From an uncultured bacterium (GTDB taxonomy: Bacteria > Poribacteria > WGA-4E > GCA-2687025), in contig CAYYPK010000033.1 in the NCBI GenBank assembly GCA_964473525.1, positions 1-53,769 of the forward strand: a DNA stretch of 53,769 nt, read 5' to 3'. The notes under the pieces were generated by a model. That model had not been told where the DNA came from. It made no database searches and saw nothing but the letters and a program-made list of their open reading frames with translations. Shown here piece by piece: positions 9,341-20,121 of this stretch. How positions within the stretch are numbered: the stretch's first letter is position 1; every line of letters begins with the position of its first letter. Made by a program: the position numbers and the translations under genes.

Positions 9341-10099
9341 TCAGGGATTCCAGTTGTAGCTCGTGCCGATGGTAACGAACGGCAGGACGCCGTCCGTTTC
9401 GGGGTTGTAGGCGATGGACATGCCGACCGCGACCGACGACTCCCCGCCCGCGGGAGTGTGGAACGCGACGCTGGGGGTGATGTCGACCAACGCTGTGGAG
9501 TCCACACCGTAGTAGTTCGGGCTCTCGCCGGCGATCCCCAGAGTCAGTCCGAGGCTGAGATGACCCAGCGGGTAGCTGACGCTTGGGGCAATGTAGAGCG
9601 AGTCGTCCTCGTCACCGTCGATGTTCATGTAGGCGTCGACGCGCAGGCTCAGGTCCGGGTCGATGAGCGCGCCGACATCGGCGCCGACGAAGGCCTCAAG
9701 GATGTGGCCTTCCTCACCGTCGGCGTTCGCGGATCGGAACGGCGCGCCGACGGGGAACACGTAGTCGATCACCCCCGCAGAGACCGCGATGTCACCCACC
9801 GGGTAGGTGGCGGCCACCGTGTAGTCGATCTCGCTGTTGCCGCTCACCTCGTCCTCAGGGCCCGCCATGTACCAGACGTTCGCGGCGACGGAGCCGTCGC
9901 CCACTGGGTAGGACACGTCGAGGGTCGGTTGCACGAAACCGCGCGTGCCACCAGGCGAGTGTCCGCCTCTCCAGTAGTGGGCGCTGGCGTACGTGACGTC
10001 GAGTGTTACGTCGACGTCTCCCGCACTGGCGCCGACCCCTAGCCCGACGATCCCGGCGGTTAGCATCGCGCTCGCGACGAAACGTCCGCAACGTGTCAT
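9341..10099 (-). CDS. Secreted beta-rich hypothetical protein (possible outer-membrane beta-barrel/porin-like)
   Basis: Signal peptide MTRCGRFVASAMLTAGIVGLGVGASA. Alternating hydrophobic/polar beta-strand pattern, Gly/Tyr-rich (YTVAATYPVGDIAVSAG...). No recognisable enzymatic motif. Confidence 0.5.
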   Translation of the reverse strand: MTRCGRFVASAMLTAGIVGLGVGASAGDVDVTLDVTYASAHYWRGGHSPGGTRGFVQPTLDVSYPVGDGSVAANVWYMAGPEDEVSGNSEIDYTVAATYPVGDIAVSAGVIDYVFPVGAPFRSANADGEEGHILEAFVGADVGALIDPDLSLRVDAYMNIDGDEDDSLYIAPSVSYPLGHLSLGLTLGIAGESPNYYGVDSTALVDITPSVAFHTPAGGESSVAVGMSIAYNPETDGVLPFVTIGTSYNWNP

Positions 10100-10176
10100 G
10101 AGTGTAGTTCTCCCGTGCGTACGCCGCGCCGTCGCTGGCGCGCGGTGTGGAGAACCCCACGTTGGGCGGACGAGAG

Positions 10177-10653
<477 letters not shown>

Positions 10654-10669
10654 CTACCGAAGGCGTAGC

Positions 10670-12091
10670 CTAAATGTCGTGGTAGAGGTAGAACTCGTGT
10701 GGATGCGGACGCAGCCGCACGGCGTCGACCTCTTCCTCGCGTTTGTATTCGATGTACTTCTCGATGAAGTCCGGCGTGAACACGTCGCCTTGCAGCAGGA
10801 AGTCGTGGTCGGCTTCCAGCGCGTCCAGCACCTTGTCGAGTGAGTCGGGAACCTGCTCGATCGCCGCGAGCTCTTCCGGCTCGAGGTCGTACAGATCCTT
10901 GTCCACCGGCTCGCCCGGGTCGATGCGGTTGCGGACGCCGTCCAGGCCAGCCATCAGCATCGCGGCGAACGCGATGTACGGGTTGCAGGAGGGATCGGGC
11001 GTCCGCAACTCGATGCGCGTCGCCTTCTCCGAGCTCGAGTACGTCGGGATGCGGATGCAGGCGCTACGGTTGCGCTGCGAGTACGCCAGACTGACCGGCG
11101 CCTCGAAGCCCGGCACCAGGCGCTTGTACGAGTTCGTCGTTGGCGCGATGAGCGCGCACAACGCCGGCAGATGACGGAGCAGCCCACCGATGTAGTGCAG
11201 GGCCGTCTCGCTCAGGTTGGCGTACGCGCCGCCACCATCGTAGAAGACGTTCTTGCCGTCCTTCCAGATGCTCTGGTGGCAGTGCATCCCCGAGCCGTTG
11301 TCCTCGAAGAGCGGCTTCGGCATGAACGTCGCGGTCTTCCCGGCGGCGCGGGCGACGTTCTTGACGATGTACTTGTAGATCATGAGCTTGTCGGCGACGT
11401 CCACGATCGAGTCGAACCGGATGTCGATCTCGTTCTGGCCGCCCTGCGCCACTTCGTGGTGGTGCAGTTCGACATCGATGCCCGCCTCGATCATCTGAAG
11501 GACCATCTCCGAGCGCAGATCCTGCATGGTGTCCGAGGGCGGCACGGGGAAGTACCCCTCCTTGGGCCGCGGCTTGTATCCGAGGTTCCCGCCGGCTTCC
11601 TCGCGGCCGGAGTTCCAGTTCCCCTCGCCCGAGTCCACGCTGTAGAACTGCGTGTTCGTGGCGCCGCCGTAGCGGATGTCGTCGAACACGAAGAACTCCG
11701 CCTCGGGGCCGAAGTAGGCCTCGTCACCGACGCCCGTGTCCTTCAGGTAGTTCAGCGCCTTCTGAGCAATGTACCGCGCGTCGCGCGAGTAGCTCTCCAG
11801 CGTGATGGGATCCTTGATGTTGCAGATGATGCTAAGCGTGGGCACCTTGCACGCGGGGTCCACGATGGCCGTCGAGGGGTCCGGGAACAGCAGCATGTCG
11901 CTCTCGTGAATCTGCTGGAAGCCGCGGATGCTGGACCCGTCGAACCCGAGGCCTTCCTCGAACAGATCCTCGCTGAGCTCACCTACGGGGATGCTGAAGT
12001 GCTGCATCATGCCGGGCAAGTCTGTGAACTTGAAGTCCACCATCTGGACACCGCTACTCTTAGCGAGTTCCAGTACTTCCTTGGGCGTCAT
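10670..12091 (-). CDS. glnA: Glutamine synthetase type I
   Basis: 473 aa with conserved GSI motifs ([20 protein letters not shown], adenylylation-loop region). Confidence 0.92.
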   Translation of the reverse strand: MTPKEVLELAKSSGVQMVDFKFTDLPGMMQHFSIPVGELSEDLFEEGLGFDGSSIRGFQQIHESDMLLFPDPSTAIVDPACKVPTLSIICNIKDPITLESYSRDARYIAQKALNYLKDTGVGDEAYFGPEAEFFVFDDIRYGGATNTQFYSVDSGEGNWNSGREEAGGNLGYKPRPKEGYFPVPPSDTMQDLRSEMVLQMIEAGIDVELHHHEVAQGGQNEIDIRFDSIVDVADKLMIYKYIVKNVARAAGKTATFMPKPLFEDNGSGMHCHQSIWKDGKNVFYDGGGAYANLSETALHYIGGLLRHLPALCALIAPTTNSYKRLVPGFEAPVSLAYSQRNRSACIRIPTYSSSEKATRIELRTPDPSCNPYIAFAAMLMAGLDGVRNRIDPGEPVDKDLYDLEPEELAAIEQVPDSLDKVLDALEADHDFLLQGDVFTPDFIEKYIEYKREEEVDAVRLRPHPHEFYLYHDI

Positions 12092-12392
12092 CTATGGATT
12101 TCCTCCATTGGGGTTGTCGCCGACACCCGCTCTTCGGGCGTCGCCACGCCAGGGGTGGCCGACGTCCTGGCGTCCATCGCGCGTCGACGACGCGAGCGGT
12201 GTCACGGTTCCCTGCGAACCGCTGCCGCCTGATGCGGCTGGCGCAAGGTACGTGCCACAGGGCTCCTTGCTGAACCAACGCGCGCGTCTCGTCCGCTTTT
12301 GGCGGTCGACCTGGCGAGCGCCGCCGCGACGCACACGTCGTCGCGCGCGCGCCAGGGACGCCCCGCCCTCATTTTGGGCAATTCCGTGCTGA

Positions 12393-12421
12393 ATTCTTGG
12401 GCATCGGTGGCTTCGTGTCAA
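12393..12421 (-). promoter_or_regulatory. Candidate sigma70-type promoter for glnA (long leader)
   Basis: Minus strand reads TTGACA-N17-AAGAAT immediately downstream of the dcd stop, roughly 300 nt upstream of the glnA start. Confidence 0.25.
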
Positions 12422-12445
12422 GCGGCGAGCCGATACGCGCGCGGC

Positions 12446-13018
12446 CTAACGCGCGGAGTTCTCCACGCGAGGGAGGACGATGCCTTCCTGGCCCTGGTAC
12501 TTCCCCTTCTTGTCGAGGTAGGAAACCTCGCACGGTTCGTCCGATTGCAGGAAGATCGCCTGCCCGATGCCTTCGTTCGCGTATATCTTCGCTGGCAGGG
12601 GAGTCGTGTTCGATATCTCGAGCGTCGCGTACCCTTCCCACTCCGGCTCGAACGGCGTCACGTTCAGGATGATGCCGCACCGCGCGTACGTAGACTTGCC
12701 CAGGCACACTACCAGGGTATCCCGCGGGATGCGCCAGAACTCCACGGTGCGGGCCAGCGCGAACGAGTTCGGCGGGATGACGCACGTCTCCGCCTGTAGC
12801 TCGACGAAGGCTTCCTGCCGGAAGTCCTTGGGATCGACTACCGTCGACGACACGTTCGTGAACACCTTCCACTCGTCCGCTACCCGGAAGTCATACCCAA
12901 ACGACGACAGGCCGTAGCTGACGCAGCCACCCTCTCGCACCTGCGTGCCTACGAACGGTTCTATCATCCCAATCGTGTTGGACATCTCCCGTATCCAGCG
13001 ATCCGACTTCACCGCCAT
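12446..13018 (-). CDS. dcd: dCTP deaminase
   Basis: 190 aa with Dcd family motifs ([25 protein letters not shown]). Confidence 0.9.
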   Translation of the reverse strand: MAVKSDRWIREMSNTIGMIEPFVGTQVREGGCVSYGLSSFGYDFRVADEWKVFTNVSSTVVDPKDFRQEAFVELQAETCVIPPNSFALARTVEFWRIPRDTLVVCLGKSTYARCGIILNVTPFEPEWEGYATLEISNTTPLPAKIYANEGIGQAIFLQSDEPCEVSYLDKKGKYQGQEGIVLPRVENSAR

Positions 13019-13277
13019 CCTGCGTCTCCAAGCGTTTGGCCAGGTACATCAGTCGAGTGTCTACGCAGCAGAACGTGACGCCGGTTGGGTGGTTACACGG
13101 CTCCGACGAGCCGCGCCGATTGTCGGCGTGACGGGGGTCCGATAGTATGGCTGGACGGAGCGCGTGAGGGCCTCGCGATAGCCCAGTGAGCGGCTCGCGG
13201 AGTAGAATGAGGTTCCGTTCTCCCGACGCAACAACGGACGCGATGCAGCGCGACCACTCCTACGGACGGCAGGCAGC

Positions 13278-14075
13278 TTGAAGCTCGCATTCATCGGCGA
13301 CATTGTGGGGAAGCCCGGCAGGCAGGCAGTCCAGGAAGTCATGCCCAGGCTACACGAGCAGTACGGAGGGTTGGACGCGGTCGTGGCGAACGCCGAGAAC
13401 GCCGCCGGCGGCCGAGGCCTGACCGCGAAGATCGCCAAGGAGATCACGTCGTACGGCGTCGACTTCATGACGACCGGCAACCACGTGTGGGACCAGAAGC
13501 AGTTCCTCAAGGAAATCGACTCCGTTCCCAACGTCGTTCGGCCGCTGAACGTCCCAGACGGCACGCCAGGCGTGGGCGCCAAGGTGTTCGAGACGGCCGG
13601 CGGCGTGCGCGTTGGAGTTCTGAACGTGGCTGGCGCGCTCTTCATGAACTACGACAGCCCGTTCCCGCGCGCGATGCCCGCAGTGGAGCAACTGCGGGAG
13701 GACGCGTCGATCGTCCTCGTCGACATGCACGCCGAGGCGACCTCGGAGAAGATCGGAATGGGGCGCTACCTCGACGGCAAGGCCAGCCTCGTCGTCGGCA
13801 CGCACACGCACGTGCAAACCTCGGACGAGACGATCCTCGCCGACGGCACAGCGTACATCACGGATGTCGGTATGACGGGCGCGCATGATTCCGTCATCGG
13901 CGTCGGCGCCGACATGGTCGTGCGGAAGTTCGTCACGCAGCTGCCCGCGAAGTTCGAGGTCGCGACGGGCGACGTGCAGCTCTGCGGCGTCTACGTCGAG
14001 ATCGACGAGGAGACCGGACGCGCCGTTGCCATCGAGCGCCTCCGGGTCCGCTGCGAGGGCTCCTCCGATGGCTGA
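13278..14075 (+). CDS. YmdB-like TIGR00282 metallophosphoesterase (2',3'-cyclic-nucleotide phosphodiesterase family)
   Basis: MKLAFIGDIVGKPGR...VVANAENAAGGRGLT...GNHVWD...DMHAEATSEK...GTHTHVQTSDE matches YmdB. Confidence 0.85.
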   Translation: MKLAFIGDIVGKPGRQAVQEVMPRLHEQYGGLDAVVANAENAAGGRGLTAKIAKEITSYGVDFMTTGNHVWDQKQFLKEIDSVPNVVRPLNVPDGTPGVGAKVFETAGGVRVGVLNVAGALFMNYDSPFPRAMPAVEQLREDASIVLVDMHAEATSEKIGMGRYLDGKASLVVGTHTHVQTSDETILADGTAYITDVGMTGAHDSVIGVGADMVVRKFVTQLPAKFEVATGDVQLCGVYVEIDEETGRAVAIERLRVRCEGSSDG

Positions 14076-15306
14076 CAACGTCTTCACCGTCCACGGCGTG
14101 ACGGACGCCATTAGCGAACTGATGAGCGAGGCGATACCGCCGCTCTGGGTCGAGGGCGAGGTCTCGAACTTCAGCCAGTCGCAGGCAGGTCACTGGTACT
14201 TCACATTGCGCGACGAGAAGGCGCAGCTGCCGTGTGTGATGTGGCGCAGCACGGCGTGGCGCTTCCGCGATATGAAGCCTGAGACCGGGTCGCTCGTCCG
14301 CGTCCATGGGTCGCTGTCCATCTACGCGCAGGGCGGCAGCTACCAGATACAGGCGACTCGGCTCCTGCCCGTGGGGCAGGGGGCGCTCCAGATCGCCTTC
14401 GAGAATCTTCGCGACAGGCTGCGCCTCGAGGGTCTCTTCGACGAGCGGCAGAAGCGGCCCACTCCCCGCTTCCCCAAGCACATCGGAGTCGTGACATCTC
14501 CGACCGGCGCCGCCGTGCGGGACATCCTCAAGGTGCTCGGCGGACGCTACCCGTGCGCGCGCGTTACCATATACCCGGTCGTAGTACAGGGTGATCGGGC
14601 GGCGAGCGAGATTGCCAGCGCCGTGACCCTGATGAACCGTGTCTCCGACGCGGATGTACTCATCGTCGGACGCGGCGGCGGCTCAATGGAAGACCTCTGG
14701 GCGTTCAACGAGGAGGTCGTGGTCCGCGCCATCGCGGCGTCGACTATCCCGGTGATATCTGCGGTCGGCCACGAGATCGACTACACCCTGGCCGACTTCG
14801 CGGCGGACGCGCGCGCGGCCACGCCATCGGTCGCCGCGGAGCAGGTCGCGCCCGACCGCGCCGCGCTGCTCGGAGAGCTGCGCGGCTTCGAGACGCTGAT
14901 GCGCGACCGCGTCCAGACGCGGCTGCGGCTTGCGCGACGCGAGCTGACGCGGCTGTCAGGCGCGCTGACGCCGCGGAGACAACTGGACCGCGTTCGGCAA
15001 CGCGCGCAGCGCACGGACGACCTCGCGCGCCGCATTGAGGCCGCCATGAGACGCCGTGTAGCGGAGGGACAGGCGCGCGTCGAGGCGCTCGCGGGATCGC
15101 TGAACGCGCTCAGCCCGCTGGCCACGCTTGCACGCGGCTACAGCATCTGCCGGCGCCCGGGGCGTGACGGCGGCATCGTGCGCGCGGCTGAGGACGTCGC
15201 GACGGGCGACGCAATACACGTGACGCTGGGCCGCGGGTCGTTGGCCGCGGAGGTGACCGCGCGTACCGAGGGAGACGGCGATGGCCAAGTCCACGAAGTC
15301 CGATGA
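14068..15306 (+). CDS. xseA: Exodeoxyribonuclease VII large subunit
   Basis: Internal ATG (MADNVFTV...) of ORF 13885..15306, overlapping the ymdB stop by 8 nt. OB-fold region LWVEGEVSNFSQSQAGHWYFTLRDEKAQLPCVMWRS plus catalytic domain. The ORF's 5' extension is Ser/Arg-rich junk. Confidence 0.85.
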   Translation: MADNVFTVHGVTDAISELMSEAIPPLWVEGEVSNFSQSQAGHWYFTLRDEKAQLPCVMWRSTAWRFRDMKPETGSLVRVHGSLSIYAQGGSYQIQATRLLPVGQGALQIAFENLRDRLRLEGLFDERQKRPTPRFPKHIGVVTSPTGAAVRDILKVLGGRYPCARVTIYPVVVQGDRAASEIASAVTLMNRVSDADVLIVGRGGGSMEDLWAFNEEVVVRAIAASTIPVISAVGHEIDYTLADFAADARAATPSVAAEQVAPDRAALLGELRGFETLMRDRVQTRLRLARRELTRLSGALTPRRQLDRVRQRAQRTDDLARRIEAAMRRRVAEGQARVEALAGSLNALSPLATLARGYSICRRPGRDGGIVRAAEDVATGDAIHVTLGRGSLAAEVTARTEGDGDGQVHEVR

Positions 15307-15553
15307 GACAGCCCCAACGGTCGAGGAAGCTCTGGGCGAGCTCGAAACACTAGTAGGCCGGCTCGAGGAGGGTGAAGGCGACCTCGAGCAGGCGCTGTCA
15401 GACTTCGAGCGGGGTGTCCATCTCGTGCGCGCGTGTAGCGACCTACTGACGAAGATGGAGCTGAGGGTGCAGCAGCTGGTTGTCACGGAGGATGGTGAGA
15501 TCGTGGCCGGCCCGTTCGGCGCCGACGACGCGGGAGAGGACGAGCAGGTATGA
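15281..15553 (+). CDS. xseB: Exodeoxyribonuclease VII small subunit
   Basis: 90-aa helical protein ...TVEEALGELETLVGRLEEGEGDLEQAL.... Overlaps the xseA 3' end by 26 nt. Confidence 0.85.
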   Translation: MAKSTKSDETAPTVEEALGELETLVGRLEEGEGDLEQALSDFERGVHLVRACSDLLTKMELRVQQLVVTEDGEIVAGPFGADDAGEDEQV

Positions 15554-16647
15554 CCACCGGCGTCACGTACGACGACTTCGTATCCGCGCTGGAAGACCGG
15601 AAGCGGGTCGTCTACGAATACCTGTACCGCGACCGGCACTCCAACCGGTTCCAGCCGCAACACATCCGCGACGCCATCTACAGCTACATGGACGCTGGTG
15701 GGAAATCGCTCCGGCCAGCGGTTCTCCTGTTCGCGTGCGGCGCGGTCGGCGGCGAGGAGGACCGCGCGGTGCCGGTCGCCGCGGCCATCGAGATATTCCA
15801 CACCTGGACGCTCGTGCACGACGATGTCATCGACCGCGACACCAAGCGCCGCGGCGGCCCGACCGTCCACGAGGAGTTCAGACGCCGCGCCATCGACGAG
15901 CTCGGCTACGAGGCGTCCGAAGCTGAACACTACGGTCTCTCCATCGCCATCCTCGCGGGCGACATGCAGCAGGGGTGGGCCGTCTCTATCCTGTCGCGCC
16001 TGGCGGAGGAGGGAGGCGTGGATCCGCGCGTCGCGCTGCACCTCATACACGACGCCGAGATGCGCGTGCTCAGCCTGCTGATCGACGGCGAGATGCGCGA
16101 CGTGCAGTTCTCGAAGACCGACATCACGGAGATCGACGAGGACGACGTCATCTCAATGCTCACGAAGAAGACCGGGGTGCTCTACGAGTACGCCGGCAAG
16201 GCGGGGTCGATGATTGGCCTCGACACGTGCGACGAGAGCGTGCCGCTCATCCGAGCGATATCCGCGTTCGCGTCTGGCTGCGGCACCGCGTTCCAGTTGC
16301 AGGACGACATACTGGGGGTGGTCGGGGACGAGGCGGCGCTCGGCAAGCCAGTCGGCTCCGACATCCGCGAGGGCAAGCGGACCACCATCGTCCTACAGGC
16401 GTACAAGAACGCGTCGCAGGCGGAGCGCGACGAACTCACCGCCGTCCTGGGCAACCCCACGGCGGGCGCCGACGACCTGGCGCGCGCCACGGCGCTGCTG
16501 CGCGATCTCGGCGGCATCGAATACACGGCGAAGCTCGCGCGGACGTACGTCGAGTCAGCGATGGCGCACCTCGACGTGATCCCCGCATCGAGATACCGGG
16601 ACCTGCTCGGGTTCTGGGCGGACTACATGGTGAACCGGGAGTTCTAG
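15550..16647 (+). CDS. ispA: Polyprenyl diphosphate synthase (FPP/GGPP synthase)
   Basis: ATGA overlap with xseB. FARM LVHDDVIDRD and SARM FQLQDDILGV. The xseB-ispA linkage is conserved in many bacteria. Confidence 0.8.
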   Translation: MTTGVTYDDFVSALEDRKRVVYEYLYRDRHSNRFQPQHIRDAIYSYMDAGGKSLRPAVLLFACGAVGGEEDRAVPVAAAIEIFHTWTLVHDDVIDRDTKRRGGPTVHEEFRRRAIDELGYEASEAEHYGLSIAILAGDMQQGWAVSILSRLAEEGGVDPRVALHLIHDAEMRVLSLLIDGEMRDVQFSKTDITEIDEDDVISMLTKKTGVLYEYAGKAGSMIGLDTCDESVPLIRAISAFASGCGTAFQLQDDILGVVGDEAALGKPVGSDIREGKRTTIVLQAYKNASQAERDELTAVLGNPTAGADDLARATALLRDLGGIEYTAKLARTYVESAMAHLDVIPASRYRDLLGFWADYMVNREF

Positions 16648-16655
16648 GGAGGGAC

Positions 16656-17618
16656 ATGCCGCTGATGCACCGGAACCCTCGCCTAACCCGGCGGCCCCCG
16701 TGCGGCGCCCTACGCAGCCGTTCTCCCGTCGTGATGGTCGCGCTGCTGTGGCTGTTCCCGGCGCTCGGGTGGACGGCCGAGGCCCCGTCTTCCCTCATAG
16801 ACCGCACGATCGTCGACCCCGAATACGACCGCTACCCCAACTTCCGGGAGCACGCGCTCACCATCCTGCGCCGTAAGGTCGCCGAGACGCGGCCGTTGGA
16901 CCTGAACCCCTACGTGGCGGACATCCTGGGCGGCCCCGGCCGGGCCTCTGTGGAGATGCACGCTGAGGACGTCGAGGAGTTCTTCGTCGCCGCGGCGCGC
17001 GACGAACTCAGCATCGTCAGGGCTATGGCGCTGGTGGCGCGCGCGGTGCGCGAGACGCGAGTGACGACCTACCTGAACGGGGCGCACGCGCGTGAAGTCG
17101 TCGGCCGTCTGGGGCTCGACGTTGGTCTCGCCGTCCCCATGGACCAGCTACTGCTGTTCGCGTACATCCCCATCGACGCAGGCGCCGACACCGAGACGCA
17201 GTGTCGTTTCGTGGGTGTCTACGCGCGTCCGTACGAGCACCGATTCCGCAAGGATGTGCTCAACGCCACCTTGAGGGTAGGCACTGGGCGCAATGTTCCA
17301 TACCTGGACCCGTGGGACCATGATGCGGAGATCACGACGGCCTACCTCGTGGAAGGACGCATTCTCTACGGCGACGCCGGGGTGGGGTACGTCGACGTCT
17401 CGGGTATCGGCGGGCGGAAGCACGGCATGCTTGGGTTCGTGCAGAAGATGTTCTTCTTCCTGCCCGACGCGATCGATGGCATGGTCGTGCGCGGAGGCGA
17501 CCTGCACGTGAACGCCATCGTCAACCAACGCGTCGAAGGGTTCGAGAGCGCCTTGCGATACGCCGTGCACTACCGAGACGGCATGCTCATCGAGTCGTCC
17601 GTCACTCCCGCTCCCTAA
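16656..17618 (+). CDS. Hypothetical exported protein
   Basis: Internal ATG of ORF 15975..17618 with GGGAGGGA RBS 4 nt upstream. Hydrophobic N-terminus (VVMVALLWLFPALGWTAEAP). No recognisable catalytic motif. The 5' two-thirds of the supplied ORF overlaps ispA out of frame and is discounted. Confidence 0.5.
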   Translation: MPLMHRNPRLTRRPPCGALRSRSPVVMVALLWLFPALGWTAEAPSSLIDRTIVDPEYDRYPNFREHALTILRRKVAETRPLDLNPYVADILGGPGRASVEMHAEDVEEFFVAAARDELSIVRAMALVARAVRETRVTTYLNGAHAREVVGRLGLDVGLAVPMDQLLLFAYIPIDAGADTETQCRFVGVYARPYEHRFRKDVLNATLRVGTGRNVPYLDPWDHDAEITTAYLVEGRILYGDAGVGYVDVSGIGGRKHGMLGFVQKMFFFLPDAIDGMVVRGGDLHVNAIVNQRVEGFESALRYAVHYRDGMLIESSVTPAP

Positions 17619-17638
17619 CCAGCAACGAGGAACCGCGC

Positions 17639-18574
17639 ATGGACGCCGCACGCCTGAGGGACTGTCTGGAAGGTGTCACCACGATACCTGTGCTGCCGTT
17701 CGGCGCCGACGGCTCCTTGGACACCGATGGGCATCTACGGAACGTCCGCTACCTGCTCGACAACAACGGCCTCGCGGACGGAATCGACCGGGTGGTGGCC
17801 GTCGCCGGCACGAGCCTGATTCAGCATCTGGACGAGGCCGACCAGACGCCGCTGATCGCCGCGACCGGTCGCGAGATCGGCGACAAGGGAGTGCTGGTCT
17901 CAGGAATCGCCGCGCAGGGACGCGCCGCGGACAGGCTTGTGGCGGCGCAACTGCAATCCGAACGCCCACCGGACGCGTTTCTCATCATGCCTCTGAACGG
18001 CGTTTACGACCCCGCTGGGTATCTGGACACGATGCGCCGACTGGGTGACGCCCACGGGCCGGACGGCGGCCGGTTCGTCGTCTACATGCGCAACGCCCGC
18101 GACGCCGGGGTAATCCGTGAACTGCTGCTGTCGTCGGAGCACTTCATTGGCGTGAAGATCGGGACCGGCATCGAGGACGTCGAGCCCATGGTGTCGGCTG
18201 TGGGCTCTGACAACATGGTCATCTGGGGCATCGGCGAGCTGAATTCCACGGCGGCGCGGAAACTGGGCGCCCGAGGGCACACATCCGGCACCGCGGTCGT
18301 CGCGGCTGGTGTCGCCGACTCCCTCAACAACGCGCATCGACAAGGCGACTACGACGAGGCGTTGCAGCTCGAGGACGCCATCCGCGGGCTGGAGGAGATA
18401 AGATTCCGCCACGGCCGCATGTACAATTACTCGGCCGTCGTGGAAGCGATGATTCTCGGTGGGTTCGACGATGTCGTGGCCGGCGAGGGGCACCCGCTGA
18501 ACCCACGCGTCCCCGCCGACGTGGCGCGCGAGGTCGAGAAGGCTCTCGAGCCGATCCGGGAACACCACGCGTAG
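17639..18574 (+). CDS. Dihydrodipicolinate synthase/N-acetylneuraminate lyase family (class I aldolase) protein
   Basis: TTIPVLPF...DGSLD start typical of the DapA/NAL family. GAGGA RBS 8 nt upstream. Candidate Schiff-base Lys in IGVKIG. Confidence 0.7.
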   Translation: MDAARLRDCLEGVTTIPVLPFGADGSLDTDGHLRNVRYLLDNNGLADGIDRVVAVAGTSLIQHLDEADQTPLIAATGREIGDKGVLVSGIAAQGRAADRLVAAQLQSERPPDAFLIMPLNGVYDPAGYLDTMRRLGDAHGPDGGRFVVYMRNARDAGVIRELLLSSEHFIGVKIGTGIEDVEPMVSAVGSDNMVIWGIGELNSTAARKLGARGHTSGTAVVAAGVADSLNNAHRQGDYDEALQLEDAIRGLEEIRFRHGRMYNYSAVVEAMILGGFDDVVAGEGHPLNPRVPADVAREVEKALEPIREHHA

Positions 18575-18596
18575 GCGCCGCGAACTGGAGCCGCAT

Positions 18597-18743
18597 ATGC
18601 TGGCTGGACGACCACGCACCCGCGCTGAACGCGAGCTACGCGCGAAACGCGCCATGCGACGCGGCGTATTCTACATCGTCTTCCTCATACTGGTGCTCAT
18701 CGCCATCAAATGGCCACATCTTCTGCTGCGGTATCTGCCATAG
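18597..18743 (+). CDS. Possible 48-aa single-TM small protein
   Basis: ATG...TAG ORF MLAGRPRTRAERELRAKRAMRRGVFYIVFLILVLIAIKWPHLLLRYLP with a basic N-terminus plus one hydrophobic helix. Locally lower GC than the surroundings. Below the ORF-track size cut-off. Confidence 0.25.
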   Translation: MLAGRPRTRAERELRAKRAMRRGVFYIVFLILVLIAIKWPHLLLRYLP

Positions 18744-18782
18744 CGGCCGTCGCGTACAGGGAATCAACCGTTGGAGAAACGT

Positions 18783-20111
18783 ATGCACGCTGCACGGCGA
18801 TGGGCAGGCGCGCTCTCTGTCCTGCTCGCCCTCACGGTGTGTGGCACGGCGATGGCGCAGGACGCCCTGCGCATCGTGTCGCCACACCCGCCCGCATTGC
18901 GCGATGAATTCGACACGGGCTTCAAGGCTTGGGTTCTAGCGGAGCACGGTCTCGAAGCGGAAATCGAGTGGATGGACCAGGGCGGCACGTCGAACATCGT
19001 CCGGTTCATCAACTCCGAGTTCAAGCGCGCGCCCGAGGGCATCAACGTCGACATCTTCTTCGGCGGCGGCACGGACTCCTACATCCAGTTGGTGCGCGAC
19101 GGGTACCTCGAGACGTACGTCGTCCCCGACGAGATCCTCGGCGCGGTACAGCCGGACATCTTCGGCGTGCCCATGGTCGACCCTGATCACCAGTGGTACG
19201 GCGTGGCGCTCGCCGGATTCGGCATCATGCACAACAAGCTCCTCGCCAGGCGCTTCCGCCTGCCCGCCGTCATGACGTGGGAAGACCTCACCGACCCGGC
19301 CCTCCAGGGCCGCATCGCGACTGCGGATCCGCGCAACAGTGGCAGCGCGCACATGGTCTACGAGATCATCCTGCAGGCCTACGGCTGGGAGAAGGGCTGG
19401 CAAGTCCTCCAGGAGATGGGCGGGAATGTAAAGGCGTTCACGACAGGCGCCAGCGACGTGCCGAACGAAGTAGCCCTGGGCAATGTCGTCTACGGCCCCG
19501 TGATCGACTTCTACGCGTACGCTCAGATCTCACAGACCGGCGCCGACAAACTCGGCTATGTCACCCCGGACGGCCTGTCGGTCATCAACGCGGACCCCAT
19601 CGGCATCCTCAAGGGCGCCCCACGGCTGGAGCTCGCGCAACGCTTCGTGGACTACTGCCTGACGCCAGCGGCGCAGAAGCTGCTCATGCTGCCCATGGGC
19701 CACCCCGACGGGCCGAAGACCGACAACCTCGCGCGTGCGAGCGTGATACCGGCGCTGTACGAGGAGTTGGGAGACGCCGCCATCGTGGGTGAGAACCCGT
19801 TCGCACTGAAGAACACGATCAAGTACGACGCCACCAAGGGCGGTAAGCGTTGGGGGCTCGTGAACGACCTGTACGGTACGCTCATCATCGACTCGCACAA
19901 GGAGCTGACGGCAGCGTGGAAGGCGGTCGGCGAATCCCAGAGCGAGGAGGCTCGCGCGACGCTCGTCAAGATGCCCCTGACCGAGGCCGAAGCGACGGAG
20001 TTGACCGCGACGTGGGGCTCCGCCGACAACGCCCTCGTGCGCAAGGCGACGATCTCGGAGTGGCGCGGATTCGCGCGCGACAAATACGCAGCCGCGCGGA
20101 AGGCGAGATAG
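18783..20111 (+). CDS. ABC transporter periplasmic substrate-binding protein (family 1; Fe3+/polyamine/thiamine-type)
   Basis: Second ATG (GGAGA 7 nt upstream), signal peptide MHAARRWAGALSVLLALTVCGTAMAQ, and FbpA/PotD-like fold signatures. Confidence 0.75.
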   Translation: MHAARRWAGALSVLLALTVCGTAMAQDALRIVSPHPPALRDEFDTGFKAWVLAEHGLEAEIEWMDQGGTSNIVRFINSEFKRAPEGINVDIFFGGGTDSYIQLVRDGYLETYVVPDEILGAVQPDIFGVPMVDPDHQWYGVALAGFGIMHNKLLARRFRLPAVMTWEDLTDPALQGRIATADPRNSGSAHMVYEIILQAYGWEKGWQVLQEMGGNVKAFTTGASDVPNEVALGNVVYGPVIDFYAYAQISQTGADKLGYVTPDGLSVINADPIGILKGAPRLELAQRFVDYCLTPAAQKLLMLPMGHPDGPKTDNLARASVIPALYEELGDAAIVGENPFALKNTIKYDATKGGKRWGLVNDLYGTLIIDSHKELTAAWKAVGESQSEEARATLVKMPLTEAEATELTATWGSADNALVRKATISEWRGFARDKYAAARKAR

Positions 20112-20121
20112 CCGCCACCGC

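Noticed and set aside
10100-10176. GC hairpin (CCGCGCC-N6-GGCGCGCGG) between glnB and the downstream secreted-protein gene.
   Set aside because: The stem is imperfect and there is no U-tract. It may be an attenuator or merely GC-rich spacer, so it is not called as a terminator.
13885-14067. N-terminal extensions of supplied ORFs. Examples are 13885..14067 (xseA), 24812..25072, 26202..26345, 37355..37666 (Gfo), 46321..46431 (ECF), 38503..38619 (Wza-like) and 32546..32593 (band-7).
   Set aside because: The upstream portions are low-complexity and overlap the preceding gene. Internal starts with an RBS and family-typical N-termini fit better.
15975-16655. 5' two-thirds of the 547-aa ORF 15975..17618.
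   Set aside because: It overlaps ispA in another frame with an Arg-rich, junk-like translation. Only the part from the ATG at 16656, which has a GGGAGGGA RBS, is kept.
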